Shown here piece after piece: positions 57,018 to 64,000 of a stretch of 64,000 bases of DNA (position 1 is its first letter; every line of letters starts with the position of its first letter). This DNA comes from an uncultured Gemmatimonadales bacterium (lineage in GTDB: Bacteria > Gemmatimonadota > Gemmatimonadetes > Gemmatimonadales > GWC2-71-9): positions 513,788 through 577,787 of the forward strand of contig CAVOPE010000008.1 of the NCBI GenBank assembly GCA_963697755.1, given 5' to 3'. The notes beneath the pieces were generated by a model that saw only the letters and a program-made list of their open reading frames with translations, was not told the DNA's origin and made no database searches. A program made the translations under genes and the position numbers.

Positions 57018-57637
57018 GCGGCGCGCGCCCCTCCGCCTCGACCCCGGTCGCTCAGAGCCTCTCGCACGAAGCGCTCGACCACGTGGGTCGGCACGGCGAC
57101 GCCGAGTCCGCTCACGATCATCGCGTTGATGCCGACGACGCGGCCCGAGCTGTCGGCCAGCGGCCCGCCGGAGTTGCCGGGCGCCAGCCTGATGTCGGCG
57201 TGCAGCCAGCCGGCGGGCCCACGCATCGCGCTGGGCGCACGATGCACCACGCCGAGCGCCGCCGCGTAGGACACGCCGAAGGGATGCCCCAGCGCGACCA
57301 GCAGCTCGCCGGGCCGCAGGCCGCGCGCGTCGGCCCGGAGGGCGGACTCGAGATCCGACGTGGCGATCGCCAGCACGGCGAGATCCCGACGCGGGTCGCG
57401 GGCGATCACCCGAGCGGGCAGCTCCCGTCCGTCCGGCAGCTCGACGTCGGCCCGCGGCCCGGCGGCCACGTGGGCGTTGGTGACGATGAGGCCGTCGCGG
57501 AGCCACACGACGCCGGCACCCGCGCTCCGGCCGTCCGCGCGGACGTGCACCGTCACCCGGCCGAGCCTGGCGGCGACCTCCCCGACCGCGCGCTCGAGCG
57601 CGGGCACGGCGCCGAGCAGCGCGTCAACCCCGGGCAC
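57014..57637 (-). CDS. Trypsin-like serine protease (S1C, no PDZ)
   Basis: Triad context TNAHV, RDLAVL and GNSGGPL. Confidence 0.8.
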   Translation of the reverse strand: MPGVDALLGAVPALERAVGEVAARLGRVTVHVRADGRSAGAGVVWLRDGLIVTNAHVAAGPRADVELPDGRELPARVIARDPRRDLAVLAIATSDLESALRADARGLRPGELLVALGHPFGVSYAAALGVVHRAPSAMRGPAGWLHADIRLAPGNSGGPLADSSGRVVGINAMIVSGLGVAVPTHVVERFVREALSDRGRGGGARAA

Positions 57638-58550
57638 GGGGCCGCTCTCCCACGGTGACCGACAGGCTCTCCGCGCGTCCGCCTCGGGCGACGCGAAGGC
57701 CGATCGCCTGCCCGATCCGCTCGCCGCCGAGCGCGGCGAGCACGTCGCCCGGGTCGCTCACGGGCCGGCCGTCGAGCGCGAGCAGGATGTCGCCGATCTG
57801 CACCGCGCCGCGGTCCGCCGGACTGTCCGGCTCGACGTTCACCACGACGAGCCCCGCCTCCGTTTCGCTCCCGAGGCTGCGCTGCAGCGCGGGTGGAAGC
57901 CGGACGGGCTGGGTCGCGATCCCGAGCCAGCCTCGGGCGACGTGCCCTCGCGCCAGGAGCTGGCCGGTGACCCGCGCGACCGTGCTCGCGGGCACGGTCA
58001 CTGCCGTGGCCCGCGCCAGTCCCGAGGTGTTGAGTCCGATGACGCGGCCGGCGGTGTCCACCAGCGGTCCGCCCGAGAACCCGTCGTAGACCGCCAGGTC
58101 GAGCCGGACGAACCGGTCGATGGTGCCGCCCTGCCAGGTGCGCCACTCGCCTCCGACCGCGCTGACGATGCCGAGGCTGGCGGTGACCGACCCACCTGGC
58201 CGTCCGAGCGCGAGCACGAGCTGCCCGACGCGAGGCGGCTCGGTTGCCGGCGCGACCGGGGGTGCGCTCGCGCCCTCCGCCAGACGGAGCACGGCGAGGT
58301 CGGTGGACGGGTCCCGCCCGGCCAGCGTCGCGGCGACGCTGGTGCCGTCGTGCAGGCCGACGGTGATGTCGTCGTCCCGCTGAATGGTGTGGTGCGCCGC
58401 GACGACGACGCCCGGCTGCCAGACGATGCCCGATGCCGGAATCCGGCGCCGGGCGTGGATGGCGACGACCGAGCGCCCGACGGTGTCCACCGCCGCGGCG
58501 AGATCGTTGGAGACGGCGGACAGCAGGCCGTCGGTCGAGGATGCAGACAT
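57624..58550 (-). CDS. HtrA-like serine protease with C-terminal PDZ domain
   Basis: Trimmed to the ATG at 58550 (MSASSTDG...). It has AAHHT, TDLAVL and GFSGGPL, plus a PDZ-like GLVVVNVEPDSPADRGAVQIGDILLALDG. Confidence 0.8.
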   Translation of the reverse strand: MSASSTDGLLSAVSNDLAAAVDTVGRSVVAIHARRRIPASGIVWQPGVVVAAHHTIQRDDDITVGLHDGTSVAATLAGRDPSTDLAVLRLAEGASAPPVAPATEPPRVGQLVLALGRPGGSVTASLGIVSAVGGEWRTWQGGTIDRFVRLDLAVYDGFSGGPLVDTAGRVIGLNTSGLARATAVTVPASTVARVTGQLLARGHVARGWLGIATQPVRLPPALQRSLGSETEAGLVVVNVEPDSPADRGAVQIGDILLALDGRPVSDPGDVLAALGGERIGQAIGLRVARGGRAESLSVTVGERPRARG

Positions 58551-58701
58551 GAACGCTCCGATGGTGAGTAACCGGAGAGTATGATGCGGGAGTTTCCGGC
58601 CGGCGGGGGATCGGGCGAATGGGCGAGGAGAGGGTCGGATGTTCGGGGGATGCAGATCGCGCGGTGCAAGACCGGCGCGGCCAGCCGTCCTAGTCTGTGC
58701 C

Positions 58702-59226
58702 ATGCGAGATCAACACCGCCCGAAACAGGATCTCATCAACGAGGTCACGGCCCTGCGGAAGCAGGTGGCCGACCTCCGCGATGCGATGACCGCCCGCCGC
58801 CGGGTGGAGGACGCCCTGCGTCAGTCCGAGGACCAGCTCCGGCTGCTGTTGGACGCGGCGCCTGTGGGCTTGTGTCTCTTCCGACCGAACGGGACGCCGC
58901 TGGTCGCCAACCGCCCGTTCGCGCGCCTGCTCGGCTACGACACGACCGCCGAGCTTCTGCGGGTGGCGGATGCGCTCGGCGTATTCGGCAGCCGGGAAGA
59001 GCAGGGGCGGGTCCTGTCGCTGGTGGAGCGGGGGCTCGAGCGCGTGGCGGGCGTGGTCTTCCGGCGCAAGGACGGGACGCGCCAGGCGTTCGGCGTGATC
59101 GGCGCTGTCTGCTCCGACCCGCATGCCGTCGCGCTGGTGATACTGGAGCGGCAGCCGCAGCCGTGGCGCTCGGCGCCGCTGGCGGCCCTCAGCCCTGCGT
59201 GGTCGCCCGGTATACGCTCGGGGTGA
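58702..59226 (+). CDS. PAS-domain protein
   Basis: Trimmed to the ATG at 58702. A coiled-coil N-terminus is followed by EDQLRLLLDAAPVGLCLFRPNGTPLVANRPFARLLGY (PAS). Confidence 0.7.
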   Translation: MRDQHRPKQDLINEVTALRKQVADLRDAMTARRRVEDALRQSEDQLRLLLDAAPVGLCLFRPNGTPLVANRPFARLLGYDTTAELLRVADALGVFGSREEQGRVLSLVERGLERVAGVVFRRKDGTRQAFGVIGAVCSDPHAVALVILERQPQPWRSAPLAALSPAWSPGIRSG

Positions 59227-60010
59227 GGCCCGTGTAGCCGCGAAACGCGCGGGTGAAATGGCTCTGGTCCGCGAAGCCGGCGACCAACGCCACCCGCGCC
59301 AACGCCGTGTCCGACCGCGCCAGCTCTCTCGCCGCCCAGTCCAGCCGCAGCCGCCGCACGTAGGTCCCCACCGTCACCCCGAACTGACTCTTGAACGCCC
59401 GCGCGAGGTGCGCGGGATGGACTCCGACGTCGCTCGCCAGATCCGCGAGACGAACCGTCTCGCCGAACCGGGCGTGCAGGAGCTCCTGCACTCGCCAGAG
59501 CCACTTCGGTGCCGGCCGGCGCCCGCTCGGTGGGAGACGGGCGAGCGTGACCAGCATGTCGATCACGAGCCCTTCGGCGGCGAGCGCACCGAGATCGTCG
59601 GCTGCCGTCAGCTCGCCGGCCAGTTGCGCCGCACGCGCCGTCACGCCGGCGTGGTAACGATGCGTGGGCTCTTCGAGCAGGTGTGCGAACGGGCGAAAGA
59701 ACTCCTGGTCGGCCGGGTTCGGCTGCACCACCACGACGCGCGCTCCGGCCGTGCCCATCCGATTGGTGTGGCTGGAGCCGGCCGGCTCGATGAAGACGGC
59801 GGTGGGGGCGCAGTGGCGGGTCGTCGTGCGGAGTTCGAGATCGAAGGAGCCGTCCATCATGACGGCGACCGACCCCCGCTCGTGCGAGTGCCGGGGAAGG
59901 ACGCTGAAGGCGGCGAAGCTGGCCTCCACGACGGTCGCCGGGCCGAGGTCCAGGCTGCGCGAGGAAGCGCAGCCCAGCGTGACGGGAACATGGCCGCTCG
60001 GAGTAGACAC
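59189..60010 (-). CDS. AraC family transcriptional regulator (cupin-like N-terminus)
   Basis: C-terminal double HTH ...LASDVGVHPAHLARAFKSQFGVTVGTYVRRLRLDWAARELARSD...GFADQSHFTRAFR. Confidence 0.88.
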   Translation of the reverse strand: MSTPSGHVPVTLGCASSRSLDLGPATVVEASFAAFSVLPRHSHERGSVAVMMDGSFDLELRTTTRHCAPTAVFIEPAGSSHTNRMGTAGARVVVVQPNPADQEFFRPFAHLLEEPTHRYHAGVTARAAQLAGELTAADDLGALAAEGLVIDMLVTLARLPPSGRRPAPKWLWRVQELLHARFGETVRLADLASDVGVHPAHLARAFKSQFGVTVGTYVRRLRLDWAARELARSDTALARVALVAGFADQSHFTRAFRGYTGLTPSVYRATTQG

Positions 60011-60186
60011 CCTGGTCTCCTGGCTCGGGCCACCTCAGGTGCGTCAGTCAGGTGGACGCGCCAGTCCGGGCCGCCAGCACAGCGCCCGCGCAACTCCGGT
60101 TCCACCGACGTGCGATGGATGCAAGACCGCCGACTCGTCCCGGACTACCCTGGTCTCTTTCGCTTCTTACACTCGAGGAGGCGGGT

Positions 60187-60735
60187 ATGTCCGGCGATCG
60201 TTGGATCGTGGCGGTGCTGCTTGGAGTGGCGACGGCCTGTTCGGAGCCCGCGGCGCCCGAGGCGGGCCGTGCGTCCCATGGACTCGAGATCGATGCTGCC
60301 GCCGGCGGTGTACAAGAGTCGGTGACGGGAGGCGGGCAGTTCGTCCACCCGGTCTTCGGCACGGTGACGTTCGCCTTCACGGCGCAGCGTCTGGCCGATG
60401 GGCGGGTGACGGGCCGGTTCCAGCAGCACCAGCCGGCGTTCGGATTCACCTACAAAGGTGACGTCACCTGTTTCGCCATCGATCCGGTCAATCACCGGGC
60501 GTGGATCGGCGGCGTAGTCACCCAGAGCAACGATCCCGACCCGATAGCGCTGCCGGGAAAGGACGCGTGGTTCCGGGTGCTCGATGCAGAGGACGGGCTC
60601 GATCGGAGCACGTTCCTGGGCTTCGAGGGTGGTGGCGGCATCCTCACCTCGGCCGAATACTGCGCCGCGCAGATCTGGCCGGAGGCCAATGCCCGCACGT
60701 GGCCGGTGGAGCACGGCTCGATCACGCTGCAGTGA
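60187..60735 (+). CDS. Hypothetical lipoprotein
   Basis: The ATG at 60187 is preceded by ggagg. It has a lipobox (VATACS) and no recognisable domain. Confidence 0.55.
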   Translation: MSGDRWIVAVLLGVATACSEPAAPEAGRASHGLEIDAAAGGVQESVTGGGQFVHPVFGTVTFAFTAQRLADGRVTGRFQQHQPAFGFTYKGDVTCFAIDPVNHRAWIGGVVTQSNDPDPIALPGKDAWFRVLDAEDGLDRSTFLGFEGGGGILTSAEYCAAQIWPEANARTWPVEHGSITLQ

Positions 60736-60802
60736 TTTTCGGCCGGGCGCACCGGCGCGAGTCCCGCGGTTATGTTACCGGCATCCCTCACAGGATGCCG
60801 GC

Positions 60803-61564
60803 ATGCTCCTCGCCAGACCGTTGGTACGCGGTGCGATCGTGGCCTCCGGGCTCGCGGTCGGCGGGTGCGCTCGTGGCGGCTCGCCCGCCCCCGCGACACC
60901 CACCGCGGCGGCCGCGCACCTCGCGATCGACACGGTCGGCTTGCCCCGCATCCGGTTCACCCCCGGCTCCACCTCCGGCATTCTCGACGACAGCCTCGGT
61001 GCCGGTGTCACGCGGAGCTATGTGCTGGGCGCGGATCAGGGCCAGGTCATGCTGGTGCACGCCATCGCCTGGCCGGTCGAGGAGCGGCAGCATCCGCCGC
61101 CGGAGCCCACGGTGCGCGTCTTCTTCGCGGCCAGCGGCGCCGAGCTGCCCACACCCCGAGCCGAGCCCGAGATCTGGTCGGCCCGCCTGCCGCAGAGCGG
61201 CGATTACATCGTTCGCGTGACCGCCGAAGCCCCGACCAGCTACACCCTGTCCGTGCAGATCCCTCGGCGCGTCACGCTCGCCCCGGGTGACTCGGCCGCG
61301 ATCTTCACCGGCGCGGCGCCGTCGCGCGCGCCGATCGACTATCTGGTGCACGCCGAGGCCGGTTGGACGCTCGAAGCCGTCCTCGGCGGGGCACCCACCG
61401 TGGGACTGCACGTCTATGGATTGGACGATGGAGTGCAGCTCGCCCGCCTGGCGGACCGGCAGCGCCTGTACGCCGGGCGGATCGAGCGCACGCAGGACTA
61501 CGTGGTGAGCATCATCCCCGGCGACGAGCGCGCCGCGTTCGACTTGCGGATCTCCATCAAGTAG
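60803..61564 (+). CDS. Hypothetical lipoprotein
   Basis: ATG at 60803, lipobox LAVGGC, no recognisable domain. Confidence 0.55.
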   Translation: MLLARPLVRGAIVASGLAVGGCARGGSPAPATPTAAAAHLAIDTVGLPRIRFTPGSTSGILDDSLGAGVTRSYVLGADQGQVMLVHAIAWPVEERQHPPPEPTVRVFFAASGAELPTPRAEPEIWSARLPQSGDYIVRVTAEAPTSYTLSVQIPRRVTLAPGDSAAIFTGAAPSRAPIDYLVHAEAGWTLEAVLGGAPTVGLHVYGLDDGVQLARLADRQRLYAGRIERTQDYVVSIIPGDERAAFDLRISIK

Positions 61565-61570
61565 CTCTCC

Positions 61571-62602
61571 TCACCCGCCGTCGATCCCGCCCAGCACCGG
61601 CAGAATCTCTCCCGTGATGTAGCTGGAGCAGACCGGCGCGGCCAGGAAGACGTAGGCCGGGGCCACTTCCTCCGGCTGCGCCGGCCGCTTCATCGGCGCC
61701 GAGCCGCCGAACTTCGCGACCTTCTCCGCGTCCTGGTCCGCCGGGTTGAGCGGCGTCCAGACCGGTCCCGGCGCCACGCAGTTCACCCGGATGCCGCGGT
61801 CCAGCAGGTTCTGCGACAGCGATTTGGTGAAGGCGTGGATGGCGCCTTTGGTGGAGGAGTAGTCCAGCAGCTCCTTGCTCCCTTCGAAGCCGGTCACCGA
61901 GCCGGTGTTGATGATCGACGAGCCTTCGCCCAAATGGGGCACCGCCGCGCGGGCCATGTAGAAGTAGCCGAAGATGTTGGTGCGGAACGTCCGGTCGAGC
62001 TGCTCGTCGGTGATGTCCTCGATCGACGCCGCGTGCTCCTGGAACGCCGCATTGTTCACCAGGATGTCGAGCTGGCCGAACTCCTGGACCGTACTCTCGA
62101 CCGCCTCCTGGCAGAATGCCGAGCTGGTCACGTCGCCCGGGATGAGCAGCGCGCGGCGGCCCTCCGCCTCGACTGCGTCCCGCGTCTCCTCCGCGTCCTC
62201 GTCCTCGCTGAGGTAGACGATCGCGACGTCCGCGCCTTCTCGCGCGAACAGCACGGCGACGGCGCGCCCGATCCCGGAGTCGCCGCCCGTGATCAGGGCC
62301 ACCATGCCGTCCAGCTTGCCCGACCCGCGATACTCGGGCGCCTCGTACGCCGGCCGGGGCTCGAGCGCCGCCTCGCTGCCGGGCTTCGCTTGATGCTGCT
62401 TGGGGTAGGGAAGCTCGGGATACTTCCGGGCCCCCATCTGAGCCGCGCTTTCCTTCTTGGACGGCGCCTTCTCCGTCCGCGGGCGGCGCTGCTCCGCGTC
62501 GCGCTGGAGCTTCCGGTCGGATGCCGCCGCCTTCTTGCCGGCCGCGGCATTGCCCTTCTTGCCGTTGCCGGACCATCGCGCCGTATTCTTCTTGACTGCC
62601 AC
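61571..62602 (-). CDS. SDR family oxidoreductase (YghA/general-stress-protein-39-like) with Lys-rich N-terminal extension
   Basis: The GTG at 62602 is preceded by aggagg. It has TGGDSGIGRA, NNAA and YSSTKGA motifs. The upstream part of the track ORF was discarded. Confidence 0.85.
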   Translation of the reverse strand: MAVKKNTARWSGNGKKGNAAAGKKAAASDRKLQRDAEQRRPRTEKAPSKKESAAQMGARKYPELPYPKQHQAKPGSEAALEPRPAYEAPEYRGSGKLDGMVALITGGDSGIGRAVAVLFAREGADVAIVYLSEDEDAEETRDAVEAEGRRALLIPGDVTSSAFCQEAVESTVQEFGQLDILVNNAAFQEHAASIEDITDEQLDRTFRTNIFGYFYMARAAVPHLGEGSSIINTGSVTGFEGSKELLDYSSTKGAIHAFTKSLSQNLLDRGIRVNCVAPGPVWTPLNPADQDAEKVAKFGGSAPMKRPAQPEEVAPAYVFLAAPVCSSYITGEILPVLGGIDGG

Positions 62603-62942
62603 GTCTGCCTCCTGAGGTGCCGTTGATGTCCGCTGGCAGGATGGCGCTCGCGCCGCCGGCGGGCGGTGACAGACCTCACCGGATCGCGCTCGCGGCGTAC
62701 TCGCGCCGACGCTGGCAAGACGCTCTATGAGCTCCGCCGCGGCCGGGGTCCGACGAGCCCCTCCTCGGCGCGACCGACCTGCGCTCGACGCCGCCGGCTT
62801 CATCCGGACACGGGCCATCGGCCTTCTATCCCCGCGACATTGCCTCCCAGAAACGGGCTGCCCGCCCGGGCCGTAGGTTAAGGATGGCCCCCGCGCCGCG
62901 CTCCGCGCGCGCCGCAGTCCCGCCCAACCCTCGAGCACCTCC

Positions 62943-63404
62943 ATGGCCGTACTCACACTGACCGTCAACGGCGCCCGCCGCCGGGTCGACCTTCCCGGCG
63001 ATACACCGTTGCTCTGGGCTCTGCGCGACACGCTCGGCTTGACCGGGGCCAAGTACGGCTGCGGCGCCGGGCACTGCGGCGCCTGCACCGTGCACCTGGC
63101 CGGCGTCGCCGTCCGAAGCTGCGGCATCCCGGTCGCCCAGGCGGCCGACAAGGCGATCACGACGATCGAAGGGCTGTCGCGCGACGGGAGTCATCCCGTG
63201 CAGCGCGCCTGGATCGCCGAGGACGTGGCCCAGTGCGGCTACTGCCAGGCGGGTCAGATCATGGCCGCGGCGGCGCTGCTGCGCGCGACACCGCGGCCGA
63301 CGGACGCGCAGATCGACGCGGCGATGTCGGGCAACTTGTGCCGCTGCGGTACCTATCAGCGGATCCGCGCCGCGATCCACCGCGCGGCCGGCGAGGAGGC
63401 CTGA
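62943..63404 (+). CDS. (2Fe-2S)-binding small subunit of an aldehyde-oxidase/isoquinoline-oxidoreductase-type enzyme
   Basis: 153 aa with [12 protein letters not shown] and [11 protein letters not shown]...NLCRCGTY motifs. Confidence 0.9.
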   Translation: MAVLTLTVNGARRRVDLPGDTPLLWALRDTLGLTGAKYGCGAGHCGACTVHLAGVAVRSCGIPVAQAADKAITTIEGLSRDGSHPVQRAWIAEDVAQCGYCQAGQIMAAAALLRATPRPTDAQIDAAMSGNLCRCGTYQRIRAAIHRAAGEEA

Positions 63405-64000
63405 TGCGACGCCGCGATTTCGTGCAGGTGAGCGCGACGGCCGCGGGCGGACTGCTCGTCGCCGTCGCGATACCCGCTCGGCTGCGCGACGCGCTGCCGC
63501 GGCTTCGCCGCCCGCCGGCAGCTCGCTCGGCGCCTTCGTCGAGATCGCCGCCGACGGCACGGTCACCATCGCGTCCAAGAACCCGGAGATCGGCCAAGGG
63601 GTGAAGACCTCCCTGCCGCTGCTGGTCGCCGAGGAGCTCGACGTGCCCTGGCAGCGCGTGCGGGTGGTGCAGGCCGGGCTCGACCCGCGCTACGGCGACC
63701 AGGGCGCGGGCGGCAGCACGGCGGTGAGCGAGAACTGGAACGGGCTGCGAAAGGCCGGCGCCACGGCGCGCCACCTGCTCATCGCGGCCGCGGCGACGCG
63801 ATGGGGTGTGGCACCCTCGGCCTGCCGGGTGGACGCCGGCGTGGTCGTGCACCCGCCGACGGGACGCCGGCTGTCGTACGGCGCGCTGGCGGCCGACGCG
63901 GCTCGCATCCCCGTTCCCGACGACGTCGTCCTCAAGGACCCCTCCCACTTCCGGCTGATCGGCACCCGGGTGGCCGGCGTGGACAACGCTGCGATCGTCA
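63404..64000 (+). pseudogene. Molybdopterin-binding large subunit (IorB-like), partial at window end, apparent frameshift between about 63470 and about 63525
   Basis: The ATG overlaps the upstream stop (TGATG) and gives the Tat signal [25 protein letters not shown]. Conserved ...GAFVEIAADGTVTIASKNPEIGQGVKTSLPLLVAEELDVPWQRVRV... continues in a different frame that has no start codon of its own. Confidence 0.7.

Overview
High-GC bacterial chromosomal window; gene content is loosely Gemmatimonadota/Acidobacteriota-like, which is inference only. Positions 1-25.4 kb are core genome. They hold the divergent dnaA / rpmH-rnpA-yidD-yidC-mnmE origin-region cluster, then ddl, a cystathionine beta-synthase, mutS, a sigma54 two-component operon, holA and upp. 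Positions 25.5-46.1 kb are an accessory hotspot built around one tRNA-Phe gene (27156-27228). Upstream of the tRNA lie a 25-nt 5' tRNA-Phe fragment, an AT-richer methyltransferase gene and a truncated, doubly frameshifted tyrosine integrase. Downstream, the 3' 42 nt of tRNA-Phe recur four times as direct repeats (33812, 36518, 44731, 46036). These repeats delimit four integrase-less islands. The third island, plus one inverted solo unit in the second, carries what I read as an integron-type gene-cassette array with no integron integrase (CALIN-like). It has a homogeneous family of attC-like sites (R'' GCCTAAC...GCATGCAGCCGAC ... TGCAGCTGATGCGCAAGTC-GTTAGRC R') following short, unrelated, mostly hypothetical ORFs, and it includes half-sites and truncated cassettes. 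Positions 46.1-64 kb return to core-like genes: a TPR-CHAT protein, a YdeP-like molybdoenzyme with fdhD and a LysR regulator, two HtrA-like proteases with a LuxR-type regulator, AraC, an SDR and an aldehyde-oxidase-type enzyme. Several long genes are frameshifted (TonB-dependent receptor, YdeP-like, IorB-like, an LRR cassette, the integrase). This means either real decay or indel-type assembly errors. All calls rest on reading the sequence and the ORF track by eye; no searches were run.
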